A DNA stretch of 64,000 nucleotides, from assembly GCA_963666205.1 (NCBI GenBank), contig OY762654.1, forward strand, positions 1,120,001-1,184,000, read 5' to 3'. Of the stretch, positions 30,720 through 40,706 are shown piece by piece. The notes under the pieces were generated by a model. It was not told where the DNA came from. It made no database searches and worked only from the letters and a program-made list of their open reading frames with translations. This DNA comes from Synergistales bacterium (GTDB lineage: Bacteria > Synergistota > Synergistia > Synergistales > JAFGMB01). Position numbers and translations under genes: made by a program. Numbering within the stretch: the first letter of the stretch is position 1; each line of letters opens with the position of its first letter.

Positions 30720-31916
30720 TTAAAGTACTTTTTCTTCATGATCCTTAAAAAAATCTATTACGGTCTGCGCAAAAACCGCTGGACCTATCCAAAGAACATC
30801 TTCATTGATATCAAATTTTGGATGATGATGTGGATATTGTGTATCCCTATCTGATCTAAAAGACCCCAGGCTGAAAAAGGTCCCTTTGGTTTCCAGGAGA
30901 TAATAAGCCATATCTTCTGCACCCATGCCCGGTCTTTTAATCTCGACAATATTCCTTTTACCCACGATTTTTGCCGCTGATTTCGCAAAGAAGCGAGTGA
31001 AGTCTTCATCGTTTAATACCGCAGGATAAAATTTTCCGTATGTTATTTCTGCCTCTGCCCTGTTTGCTTGAGCAATTGAGGCACATATCTCCCTGAACCT
31101 TTTTTCTATGAATAGCCTGTCGTCCTGATCTAATGTTCGGATAGTTCCTTTAAATTCCACTGTTTCGGGTATAACGTTAGTGGTGGTACCTCCCTGAATC
31201 ATACAAATGCTTAAAACCGCTTCATGGGTGGGATCGATCTCCCTGCTGACTATGCGTTGAAGAGAAGTTATCATTTCTGAGGAAGTTATGATAGGGTCTA
31301 TACACTGATGCGGTCTTGCTCCATGACCTCCATGGCCTCTCACCTTAACGCTGAATGAGTCTACAGCTGCCATCATTGACCCATAACGAATGCCGATCTG
31401 TCCATCCCCAACTTCTTTGAACAGTTGGCCTATATGCAATCCAATTACCGCATCGACGTGAGGGCCTTTCATACACCCCTCATCGATCATGATTTTAGCG
31501 CCCCCGGTAGTTTCTTCTGCAGGCTGAAAGATCATTTTTACAGTCCCCTTAAGGAGATCCTTATTCTCTGCAAGAATTTTTGCGGTGCCCAAAAGCATTG
31601 CCGTATGGGCATCATGTCCACAGGCATGCATATTGCCATTTACGGATGCATAATCAAGACCAGTCTCTTCTTTTATCGGAAGGCCATCCATATCTGCTCT
31701 AAGAGCAATTGTAGGACCAGTCTCATCACCACTGATCAAGGCCAATACCCCGGTCCTGGCCATAGTTTCATAGCTGATACCCATTTCGTTCAACCTGTCT
31801 TTGACAAATTGAGAAGTCTGAAAAAGATCAAATCCTATTTCTGGTATCTGGTGTAATCGGCGTCTCCATTCAATAATATCCGAATGGATATCCTTAGCAG
31901 ATTGCTTCGCATTCAT
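30720..31916 (-). CDS. M20D family amidohydrolase
   Basis: RRRLHQIPE, RADMDGLP, MHACGHDAH, FQPAEE, AEDM, HHPKF. Confidence 0.95.
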   Translation of the reverse strand: MNAKQSAKDIHSDIIEWRRRLHQIPEIGFDLFQTSQFVKDRLNEMGISYETMARTGVLALISGDETGPTIALRADMDGLPIKEETGLDYASVNGNMHACGHDAHTAMLLGTAKILAENKDLLKGTVKMIFQPAEETTGGAKIMIDEGCMKGPHVDAVIGLHIGQLFKEVGDGQIGIRYGSMMAAVDSFSVKVRGHGGHGARPHQCIDPIITSSEMITSLQRIVSREIDPTHEAVLSICMIQGGTTTNVIPETVEFKGTIRTLDQDDRLFIEKRFREICASIAQANRAEAEITYGKFYPAVLNDEDFTRFFAKSAAKIVGKRNIVEIKRPGMGAEDMAYYLLETKGTFFSLGSFRSDRDTQYPHHHPKFDINEDVLWIGPAVFAQTVIDFFKDHEEKVL

Positions 31917-32024
31917 AGCCTCATCCTCCGATCGTTTATTTGATCACAATTTGGATGGATAGTAAAAACAGAACGATACTACCCCACTGGCCGATATAAT
32001 CTTAAATCTGCATAATGACGGATA

Positions 32025-33116
32025 TTATCCAGTGATGTCTTTCAGGAATGAATTAAGACTCTTGTTCTTTAATTCAATTTCGTCCAGCCTTGCATCAGTA
32101 CTGTCGAACAGATTTTTCATCAGAATAAGAGAAGTTATGGTAATAATAGAATTTATCACTGGGGTCTCTACTTCCAGTTTTTTGGCTAACCCGTGGATTA
32201 AAACCAGACTACGCGCGACATCTTCGGTTAAGTATCGATGATTTAACGTCGGTGGAGATCCTATCCCTTTAAAACCTATCCCTTTATTGTAGAGAACATC
32301 GTAATCACAATTTTCCTTCTCCTGATAACCTTGCAGATACCCGATTCTGGTGTTCGGGATAATCTCGAGCCCCAGAGCCTTTCCTATAGCAATTCGCTCT
32401 TCATCAACAGCTTTTATGAGTCTACCCACAGCCGATGTCACGCCCTCTTCATAGAACAAGAAATCGCCCCTGGTCCGTTCAATTAATGCAGCGTTCATTA
32501 AAACTATTGCAGGATGGATAACAGGATTAGCATTTTGGAGAAAGGTCTGCAGGATGTTTTTGGCCAAAGACATGCCGGGATAAACTGACTTCACTTTCTG
32601 TAGAATTTCTGCACCTGAAGAACTCGGAAGCCCGGCCAGGAATATTCCTCCCTTAAGTTTATTGAAAATATGAATTTTTCCTGGTTCTATTAGACGGACT
32701 GCGTAAGGGAGAGTATGTGTTTCAGCCATAAGAAACTTGTGAGACCCAAGATCTTCTTCTAACGCCTTCTTGAACACTATCGAACCTCCACATGATCCTG
32801 GACAGATTATGACCGTCTGTCCCCTTTTCAAGAAAGGCGCACATGCCTTTGCAAAAGGCTCGATTGAATAGGAAGGGCCTACAACAAAAGCAATATCTGC
32901 TCCATCAAGCACCTTCTCAAGCTCGCATCCCGCATATCTAACGGGAGCGAAACCCTGAAGCGCTCCTTCCGATTCAATCCATCCAACTTTGCTAATCGCC
33001 GAAATATTTTCAATAAATTCCGGAAAATCATAAAGGAATACGTCGTGTCCGTTATAAGCAAAATCAAAAGCAACTGCAGTCCCACCATTTCCAGATCCCA
33101 GAACAGCGATTTTCAT
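32025..33116 (-). CDS. NAD/NADP octopine/nopaline (opine) dehydrogenase family protein
   Basis: GSGNGG, ETHTLPYAVR, NANPVIHP, FYEEG, HRYLTED. Confidence 0.92.
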   Translation of the reverse strand: MKIAVLGSGNGGTAVAFDFAYNGHDVFLYDFPEFIENISAISKVGWIESEGALQGFAPVRYAGCELEKVLDGADIAFVVGPSYSIEPFAKACAPFLKRGQTVIICPGSCGGSIVFKKALEEDLGSHKFLMAETHTLPYAVRLIEPGKIHIFNKLKGGIFLAGLPSSSGAEILQKVKSVYPGMSLAKNILQTFLQNANPVIHPAIVLMNAALIERTRGDFLFYEEGVTSAVGRLIKAVDEERIAIGKALGLEIIPNTRIGYLQGYQEKENCDYDVLYNKGIGFKGIGSPPTLNHRYLTEDVARSLVLIHGLAKKLEVETPVINSIITITSLILMKNLFDSTDARLDEIELKNKSLNSFLKDITG

Positions 33117-33160
33117 GAAAGAATCCCCCTCTCACATAGATAGGTATTTTTCACTTACAG

Positions 33161-33459
33161 CAGTTTCTTCTGCGGAGGATCAAAGATCAATTTTACGACT
33201 ACCACAGGAAAAACGTGATTCTCTTTAAGAATATGGTTGGAACACAGAAATATTGCCATATGGGTATCATTCTCAAAGACGTCCATTTTTCGGTCATTGA
33301 ATGCATCTTATCCTGGATGGCGTCTTCTTGTATTTAAAAGCCGTTCAGCCCCACCATTCGGTGATCAAAACCATCACTGCAGTTCAACTTTTGATGTAAT
33401 CGGCATCTCAATTCCATAATATTCGAATGGAGATCATTTGCGGATTACTTAACATTCAA
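33161..33459 (-). pseudogene. Decayed 5' fragment of an M20 amidohydrolase (copy of 31916 gene)
   Basis: Aligns by eye with 31508-31916; reads LNVK*SANDLHSNIMELRCRLHQ versus MNAKQSAKDIHSDIIEWRRRLHQ; has a stop, indels and internal deletions. Confidence 0.85.
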
Positions 33460-33679
33460 AGTCTCCTCCTTAGATCATTTCTTTGATCACGTTTAGATCT
33501 TTATTTAGGACGGACAAAGTTCTCTCACTGACCGAATGGTTGTATAAAGCAAGGTAGATCGGCGAATATTAATCGCCAAATTTTATCAACTTCATATTCC
33601 CAATAAATTAAAGTAAGAAAAGTGGATTAGATCAGGATTGTCTAACTTATGTTAATACTGTGCTGTCTTACCAACCTTA

Positions 33680-33720
33680 AAATCAGGCCCGAATAATCAT
33701 CTTCTATACGGGCCTGATTT
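33680..33720. terminator. Hairpin downstream of yfcC-like gene
   Basis: aaatcaggcccg ... cgggcctgattt. Confidence 0.6.
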
Positions 33721-33748
33721 GAGTTCGTACAACCCTTTCAGCTATCCT

Positions 33749-35177
33749 TTAAAAGGGTCCGTAATTAATTAATACCGCTATCACCATGATAGCCGCTGCA
33801 AATAAATGCAAATAGATCATCAGGGGAATAATAAATTTAAACCATTTTTCATAAGGGATTTTCGCGATACTGAGCCCCGCCATCAGAACCCCAGAAGTCG
33901 GGAATAGGGAATTCGACAGACCATCACCCATTTGATATGCCAGGACTGCGGTCTGCCTTGTCAAATTAGCCACATCAGCAAGAGGTGCCATTATGGGCAT
34001 GGTCGCGGCCGCCTGCCCGCTGCCAGAGTTAATGAAGAAGTTGATGAATGTCTGAACCGATAACATTGCTACTGCAGCGATGGATCGTGGCAATAATGTT
34101 ATTACCTGGGCTCCTCCATGAATGATGCTATCAATGATCTGTCCATCTGTCATTATTACGACAATTCCTCTAGTGAGGCCGATCACCAGTGCACCGAATG
34201 TTAATGATCGAGCACCTTCAATAAAATCAGTAGCGATTTTTCCGGGGTTGCTCCCTCCCACCAGTCCCGAAATGATTCCCATGGTCAGGAAAACAGCGGT
34301 AAGGTCCGAACTGGTGCTCCAACCATGACTCACACCATAGACTATAAAACAAAAACCAACAACAACTACTGCAAGACCAGCTTATGCCTCGTGGTTAAGA
34401 CCGCAAAGTGTTTCTGTTTGAGATCTTCTTCCTTTTGTAACTGCTCCAGATCGCAAACCAGGCTTTTTGAAGGATCGGACTTTATCTTCAAGGCATAGGA
34501 GAGAAGGAAGAAAGATCCAATAGCCCAGAATCCCAGAAGGGTAATCACCCTTAACCCCATTCCGGAAAAAAGGGGAAGACCTGCTATCCCCTGAGCGACC
34601 CCTACTGTAAAAGGATTTAGAACCCCTCCCGCGAAACCGGCAAGAGCCCCTAAGGTGATCATACCCATGCCCACCAGGGCATCAAATCCAAGGCCTCTTG
34701 CCAGGACAACTCCCATAGGTATAAATATAAGGGTTGACTCAGCCATGCCAAATGTTGCTCCTCCAGCAGAAAAAATCAGCATCGTGACAGGAATGAGGAT
34801 TTTCTCTTTTCCTGCCAGTTTTTTTACTAATGTTGCTATTCCTGTCTCTATTGCCCCGGTGCCGTTTATCATGCCAAAAGAACCACCGATAATAAAAACC
34901 AGGAAGATTATCCAGCCGGCCTGGTTCATACCCTTGGGTATAGCCTTCATAATTGCGAAAGGTTTGATAGGATTCTGCGGCACATTTTTGAAGGAGGCTG
35001 CATCTACGATGGTTCTTCCGGTATTCGGATCAGTAACCCTCTCGTATACACCGGCCGAACAAGATAAGTTGCAGCAGCGGCAATCAGGATTATGCAAAAG
35101 ATCAAAACGTAAGTATGAGGAACCCAGCTCTTTTTCTTCCTGGTGTCAAGATTAGCGTCTGTCTGCTGAAGTTTCAT
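33749..35177 (-). pseudogene. YfcC/DcuC-like (C4-dicarboxylate anaerobic carrier family) transporter with two -1 frameshifts
   Basis: GAGGAGGG RBS + ATG 35177 gives MKLQQ...VPHTYVLIFCIILIAAAATYLV; shifts near 35057 and 34374; NPFTVGVAQ and SGSGQAA motifs; restoring 2 nt gives 476 aa. Confidence 0.85.
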
Positions 35178-35369
35178 AATAACCCTCCTCTATGGTTAAA
35201 TATTTTTAAAAAAGATCATGACTCTTTTCAAGCTCTCCTCCTTCCCTCATTAGTTTTGCGCCACTGAAAGAAAATTCAGACCACTTCCGTATCAGAGTTC
35301 ATCTCCCATTGCCGATCCCGCTGAACCTGAAGATACAGGTTATCCGTGCATCCAGGATGGTAGCTGAAA

Positions 35370-36599
35370 TTACCAGGCTGTTTCTTCCCTGACGATAGTC
35401 ATACCAAGGGCTTCTATCTCTTTTTTTACAAGTTCAAAAGGTACCTCGATGGGTAAGGCAACTCCAGGTTTACTGAATTTGCCCTCAAGTATGAGCCGAG
35501 ATCCTATGCCAGCCGTAAAACCTACGGTTCTCTGCATCGCGGTAAAACCGGTCTCGAGATCTCGCCTGTCGATGAGCTGATAGATAACTCTTTTTTTCTT
35601 TCCCTCAGCTTTCCCTCTTACATCCATTCTTACCAGAGCCATATCCTGCTCGTTCTTTTTGTAATAGAACTGGTCCTGAGAAGCTAACAGGGATGCACAG
35701 AATTCTGCCGGGACTACAGATGTATTCCCGACCCTGACAGGTTTCTGGTCAAGGAAACCGCTCTTGGCCATTACTTCCCAGAATGCACCATGGCCCTCCC
35801 AGCGGCAGATGTAGCGCCCCATTTCGGAGATAGACCCCTTCAGACCGAATAACTCCGCATAATGTTCGGTATTTCCATTGGGAAAGCATTCAAGTCTTCT
35901 ACCCATCCCGGAAATATCCAGATAATGCATGTTTTCCCTGGAAAACATATCTCTGGCTGCTACTTCCAGAGTTTTTCCTCCTGATATTATTTTTGCTGGA
36001 CGAAGGTAGGAAAGCATGACCCCGATGATCGACCATGTAAATTTGTACTTCAGAGGGTTATCCTCAACCTCCGGAGCAGGGAATCCGGCGCCGTAGGAAT
36101 AGAATTCCGAAACCTCATCGAACTCTGACAAAGCCTTTGATCCAAGGACAAGATCAAGACCGGGGTCCATCCCAAATTCTGTAAGGATCGTTATGCCTTT
36201 TTCTTTTGCTTTTTCGTCAAGCTTCGCAAGAGCTTCTCTCTGTTCCGCTACTTTGGTTTTATCTTCCTCTCCCGGGTTAACGTAATACATGCTGCTGACC
36301 AGGTTTACAGCCAGTTCAGCAGCAAGCTGCCCAGTAGAAAATGCAAATTTCCCGGGAAGAAATTCGAGGACAACATCTGCACCCTCCATCAAATTCGATA
36401 GCTGGTCTTTATCAGTGGCATCAAGCCTGGAGGGCTTCACACGATCCGACGGGTATTTTCCCAATAGAACATCAAGATCTGATCTGTTATCTGCCACAAT
36501 AATTTCCGAGACATTACTCCTGTTGACAAGATCGTACAAAGCCGCCTGTCCCTGCATACCGTAACCGAGAATAACCGCCTTTTTCCCCTTCAAAACCAC
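35370..36599 (-). CDS. Saccharopine dehydrogenase / lysine 6-dehydrogenase family protein
   Basis: GYGMQG, GMDPGLD, NPLKYKFTWS, TAMQRTVG. Confidence 0.9.
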   Translation of the reverse strand: MVLKGKKAVILGYGMQGQAALYDLVNRSNVSEIIVADNRSDLDVLLGKYPSDRVKPSRLDATDKDQLSNLMEGADVVLEFLPGKFAFSTGQLAAELAVNLVSSMYYVNPGEEDKTKVAEQREALAKLDEKAKEKGITILTEFGMDPGLDLVLGSKALSEFDEVSEFYSYGAGFPAPEVEDNPLKYKFTWSIIGVMLSYLRPAKIISGGKTLEVAARDMFSRENMHYLDISGMGRRLECFPNGNTEHYAELFGLKGSISEMGRYICRWEGHGAFWEVMAKSGFLDQKPVRVGNTSVVPAEFCASLLASQDQFYYKKNEQDMALVRMDVRGKAEGKKKRVIYQLIDRRDLETGFTAMQRTVGFTAGIGSRLILEGKFSKPGVALPIEVPFELVKKEIEALGMTIVREETAW

Positions 36600-36610
36600 A
36601 TACCCCCTTT

Positions 36611-36644
36611 ATGGATTCTTTTATGAATTTTTTAATGTATTCAT
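36611..36644. promoter_or_regulatory. Candidate GntR operator array (three 10-mers, 12-bp period)
   Basis: atggattctt-tt-atgaattttt-ta-atgtattcat. Confidence 0.5.
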
Positions 36645-36674
36645 TTCTAATGGCCAAAAAAAATGCAGCAGGAT

Positions 36675-37325
36675 CTACCGCATTTTTATAAGCATCTCGT
36701 ATGTTCTACGAATATGCTTACACATCAATTCTGAAGCCAGTTCGGAATCCTTCGCTTCTATAGCGTCGAGGATCTCGTTATGCTGAAGGGGGGTCAACTG
36801 GGGTATCTCTGTATCCCTGTAGAAGCTGTCAAAATAAAATATATATACATTTGACCGCCAGAAAAGGTTTCTACAGCATTTCTGAAGATATTGATTTCCA
36901 GATAGCTGAGCCAGGCCCAGATGAAAATCCTCATTAAGTTTCGCTTCCAACTTTTTATTTTTAGAAAGAAATGCTTCCCTTTCTTTTTCCACTACATTTC
37001 TCAATTTCGCAATGTCTTCTTTTGTGGAATTAAGAGCCGCCGCTGAAGCAACATAGCTCGCTATAGCTTCCCTTGCAAAAAAAACCTGTTTTGCATCTTC
37101 AGGGGTAGGTAACGGAATAAAGCAGCCCTTTTTTTTCATCCGTTCAAGAAAGCCCTCCGTCACAAGCCTTGCCAGGGCACGGCTCACAGGAGTTCGACTC
37201 ATATTCAGTTTTGAAGCAAGTTCAACTTCGAGTAGAAAGTCCCCAGGCTTGTACTCGTTGGTCAATATCAGTTCCACGATGGACCTGTAGGCTCGTTCTT
37301 CAGAGTTTTCCATATTTTTGTTCAT
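36675..37325 (-). CDS. GntR family regulator (FadR/FCD type)
   Basis: HTH MSRTPVSRAL; FCD domain NEDFH...QHNEILDAI; ATG 37325. Confidence 0.93.
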   Translation of the reverse strand: MNKNMENSEERAYRSIVELILTNEYKPGDFLLEVELASKLNMSRTPVSRALARLVTEGFLERMKKKGCFIPLPTPEDAKQVFFAREAIASYVASAAALNSTKEDIAKLRNVVEKEREAFLSKNKKLEAKLNEDFHLGLAQLSGNQYLQKCCRNLFWRSNVYIFYFDSFYRDTEIPQLTPLQHNEILDAIEAKDSELASELMCKHIRRTYEMLIKMR

Positions 37326-37338
37326 TTTCCGCCTTTCA

Positions 37339-37405
37339 ATGTATTCATAGATGTATTCCCATATTGAATTTCCTAAATTATCTGTCAGTTGAACTGCTTT
37401 GTCAA
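37339..37405 (-). promoter_or_regulatory. gntR promoter and tandem operator
   Basis: TTGACA (37405-37400)-17-GATAAT (37382-37377), then 16 bp, then the 10-mer pair (plus strand atgtattcat-ag-atgtattccc, 37339-37360). Confidence 0.7.
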
Positions 37406-37461
37406 TCTTACATGGTCGGAAAATCAATTAGTAGCACGGGACACTTATCTCCCGGTACCCC

Positions 37462-38793
37462 CTAATTACAGATCAGCTCTTCCTTTTCCCTGAAAAGGAT
37501 GTTTTCTGTCTCCAGCTCTTCAAGGGCTGCTTCATATATCTCGGGGGAAAAGGGACCTATGACACCAGGATTTGAGAATCTTCCCTCAAGAATGAGTTTT
37601 GCGCCTATTGCCGGAGGAATACCTGTAGTTCTTGCAACAGAAGTATCTTCTCCTGGAATACCATAATCCACCATGGTTGACTTATGCAATATTCTTTTTC
37701 CTGAAACCGGGTAATAAGAAAGGAACCTGTGCTCCATTATTACAAGATCCTTTTCGGATTCCTGGTAGTATAATTTATCAAAATATAACATGGAGATAAC
37801 ATCTCTGGGACTGCCATAATCCAGTGGGATCAATTGATCTGAAAATAGTCCAAGCCATTTCAATCTCTGGTATATTGCCATATAGGGTTCGATGTTTAAT
37901 TTCCTGCATAGAATTTCCTCGAAATTATCACCTGGGGAAGCTTCAAGAAGTTTTGCAGAAAGATCCCTGTAGGTCAGACCGGAAAGTTCCATCATTGTTT
38001 CTTCAAAAAGACCCATCTCGAGCATCTTGCAAATGGTCTCGCTCCACCCGAGATAACGGACAGTTCCTCTGTAAATGTTTTTTGCTTCTTTGATACTGTA
38101 CATATCAAGATAGGGAAGAGAATTGCCGTTTGCGTAAACCTCGAAACAGCCAAGGTCTTCCACTTCGATAAGATCTGAATACTTAAAGGTTTCTCCTCCG
38201 GGAAGGAATACTTCCTTACCATCCCTGAGGAATCTGGCATCCCTCTTACTTGCCCCGATAAGACCAGCTGGAGCCCAGGATAGTTTGTATCCCATGGGAT
38301 TCGTATTATCCTTTGCTGAAGGAATGGCTCCGCAAACTGACCAGAAGGACTCTATCTTTCCACCTTCATCATGGATCTTTCTTATAGTTTTTACAGCTGA
38401 CATATGATCTATTCCAGGATCGAGTCCAAGTTCACAAAGGATGGTCACTCCTGCCTGTCTGGCTTTTGGATCAAGAAGTTTAGTTTCCTCATCAATATAA
38501 GAAGGATTTACCGTAGGGATAGCTCTTTCTATACATTGTTCGGCAATCTGCTTCATAAATGATGCGGGGAGGAGATTAACTACAAGATCAGGGTTAAGCT
38601 TATCCATAAGCAGTTCAGATTCACTAACTGCGTTTCCCACAATACCCTGCCCTCGCGGGTGACCGCCAATGACATGAAGGAGATTTTCTTCCTTCAGATC
38701 AACCACTGTCACATGGTATCCCGGCTCTTTCAAAAGGTACTGAACACATGGGCGCGCTACCCTTCCTGCACCAAGAACAAGAATCTCTTTCAA
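37462..38793 (-). CDS. Saccharopine dehydrogenase family protein (Lys9-like)
   Basis: GAGRVA, ELGLDPGIDHM, NPMGYKLSW, RGTVRY. Confidence 0.92.
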   Translation of the reverse strand: MKEILVLGAGRVARPCVQYLLKEPGYHVTVVDLKEENLLHVIGGHPRGQGIVGNAVSESELLMDKLNPDLVVNLLPASFMKQIAEQCIERAIPTVNPSYIDEETKLLDPKARQAGVTILCELGLDPGIDHMSAVKTIRKIHDEGGKIESFWSVCGAIPSAKDNTNPMGYKLSWAPAGLIGASKRDARFLRDGKEVFLPGGETFKYSDLIEVEDLGCFEVYANGNSLPYLDMYSIKEAKNIYRGTVRYLGWSETICKMLEMGLFEETMMELSGLTYRDLSAKLLEASPGDNFEEILCRKLNIEPYMAIYQRLKWLGLFSDQLIPLDYGSPRDVISMLYFDKLYYQESEKDLVIMEHRFLSYYPVSGKRILHKSTMVDYGIPGEDTSVARTTGIPPAIGAKLILEGRFSNPGVIGPFSPEIYEAALEELETENILFREKEELICN

Positions 38794-38874
38794 AAAAATA
38801 CCTCCTCCTGTATTTAACAGTCTGCCATAAAGAAATTCGTTCTTTAACCAGGATAATCCTTTGAAGGTCCTATA

Positions 38875-39585
38875 TCAGACCGCCTGGTTCACATAGTTAA
38901 CAAGAGTAATAAAATCGAATACAGGGAGCCCTGTCCCATTCCGTATAGCCTGGGAAAAGGGCGGCATGTCCGTGCATTCCAGGACAAAAGCCCCTACATC
39001 CGGATACTGTTTTTTCGCCATTAAACCTGCCTCGATTATTTCCTTCTCAATAAGTCCCATATCCACTTCCGGGACATTGGAATCCAGCACTTTCCTCCAT
39101 TCTTCCCATTCTTCCATTCCTACAATATGAACCGGGGCAGAATCAGCAACACCGCAGTTCCGGAAATGAAGTGGAGTAAGGCTTGCTTTTCTCGCCGTAA
39201 TAACAACCACGGACTGTCCTTCCTTCAAGGTCATCAACACAAAGGGTATCTGCATCAGACTCGAAGTAAAAACAGGAACACTGACAGAATCAGCCAGTCT
39301 TTTCTGGTGGATAGCATTAAAACCGCAACTGGTTGTGATAGCTTTTACACCTTCTGCTATCATTTCCTCCATTACAGAAACCATCCTCTGCAATACTGTT
39401 TCATCAGGGTTGATAACGATGCTTTCTGCACTGGCACCCTCTACTCGTCTTATCTGGACGGGATAATCGTAAGATTCAAGGTTGGTACTGTTCCCTTTCA
39501 ACTTTTCCAGCTGCATAAGACCTGGAGGAACAAGTCCACCTTCCCATGCCAGAATTCCTATCCTGGGTAAACTCTGGTTTCCCAT
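38875..39585 (-). CDS. Asp/Glu/hydantoin racemase superfamily protein
   Basis: ITTSCGF and VLECTDMPPF; paralog of 6643..7443. Confidence 0.87.
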   Translation of the reverse strand: MGNQSLPRIGILAWEGGLVPPGLMQLEKLKGNSTNLESYDYPVQIRRVEGASAESIVINPDETVLQRMVSVMEEMIAEGVKAITTSCGFNAIHQKRLADSVSVPVFTSSLMQIPFVLMTLKEGQSVVVITARKASLTPLHFRNCGVADSAPVHIVGMEEWEEWRKVLDSNVPEVDMGLIEKEIIEAGLMAKKQYPDVGAFVLECTDMPPFSQAIRNGTGLPVFDFITLVNYVNQAV

Positions 39586-39710
39586 TGATCAGTCCTCCTT
39601 GTTATAAGGAAAATATATCCTGTCAAAGATCCATCCACTTTATATAAATATTTTCCCTTGAGAAGTCAGTTCCACTACACTATGGTGAAAATAGATCTCA
39701 GTATCGGATT

Positions 39711-39777
39711 ATGAATACATGGATGTATGCATTGTTATCTTAACAGAGATTATCCTTCTCTTTAAAGAGATTGTCAA
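39711..39777 (-). promoter_or_regulatory. Promoter and tandem operator of racemase-like gene
   Basis: TTGACA (39777-39772)-17-GATAAT (39754-39749), then 16 bp, then the 10-mer pair (plus strand atgaatacat-gg-atgtatgcat, 39711-39732). Confidence 0.7.
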
Positions 39778-39986
39778 TTGTTAAGCATAACTTAACTTCT
39801 ATAGATCTTTCTGATCGCATTTGATAATGATTATCTTTAATGATAAGCTTTGTTGAATACAGATTTCTTTATATTCCTGAAAACCAGGGTAAACTGATCC
39901 GATCTGACCTTGCAACTCCGGAGATAAGACCGGTCTATAACTGGAAAACAAGTATTTCTTCTCCTCATTTACCATTCCTCAATACA

Positions 39987-40019
39987 GGAAAAAGCCGGGC
40001 TTCAGGCCCGGCTTTTTCC
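39987..40019. terminator. Bidirectional terminator-like hairpin
   Basis: ggaaaaagccgggc-ttcag-gcccggctttttcc. Confidence 0.8.
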
Positions 40020-40136
40020 ACTCAAGCTTCCCCAATTCAGGTTATTCTTCAGTTTTGAATTTTTCCCTGCTTACCCGTGCAGGATCCCATATTTTTCACA
40101 ATCGAATAAAGATGGGTATTTTCATTCCTGAACATC

Positions 40137-40706
40137 TCAGCCCATCTTTATCTGCTCGAGGATTTCAATCAAGACTATCATCAGGAGAAAACAGCTTGCA
40201 TCCATAATAGATCTCTCCATAGTTCTGATGTTGATCGTGACTTCTGATGGTGAACGATAGAGAGAGAACCTGGGAATGACCCTCGGGGTCCTTCGAGAGT
40301 ATTCAATATAGTCATCACCAAATAACTCCTGAAGTCTTTTTTCTTCTCCCTTTATCACAAAATGATAGTAACCCCAGAATAAGGGTATCATCAATCCTGC
40401 AAGGATCAGATTCTGACCTGCAAGCATCAAGCCAACCCCACCGATAAAGGAAAAAAGATAGAGGGGGTTCCTGCAGATGGAAAAAGGACCGTCCTTCACC
40501 AGTTCGGTGTCCTTGCGTCCGCAGATGAAAAGGGAGGTCCATATCCGTCCTATGGATGCCACCATAAGGAAGAAGAATCCCAGGTATTCGATATAGGGAT
40601 CATAAAACGATTTATCGCTAATTGGTGAAATGATCAATACCAGTAAAACGGGAAGGATAATGACCCAGGTGAGTCTGCTTCGGTTTCTTTCAAAGAAATT
40701 TTTCAA
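40137..40706 (-). CDS. Isoprenylcysteine carboxylmethyltransferase/PEMT family membrane methyltransferase
   Basis: GPFSICRNPLY and EEKRLQELFGDDYIEY...PRVIP. Confidence 0.88.
   Translation of the reverse strand: MKNFFERNRSRLTWVIILPVLLVLIISPISDKSFYDPYIEYLGFFFLMVASIGRIWTSLFICGRKDTELVKDGPFSICRNPLYLFSFIGGVGLMLAGQNLILAGLMIPLFWGYYHFVIKGEEKRLQELFGDDYIEYSRRTPRVIPRFSLYRSPSEVTINIRTMERSIMDASCFLLMIVLIEILEQIKMG

Noticed and set aside
34366-34368. TAG in the yfcC-like gene as pyrrolysine/readthrough codon
   Set aside because: The downstream part is in a different frame, so a frameshift explains the stop
30556-35300. Mobile element or genomic island call for the AT-richer amidohydrolase/opine DH/YfcC segment
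   Set aside because: No integrase, transposase, tRNA or flanking direct repeats seen; the composition shift was judged only by eye
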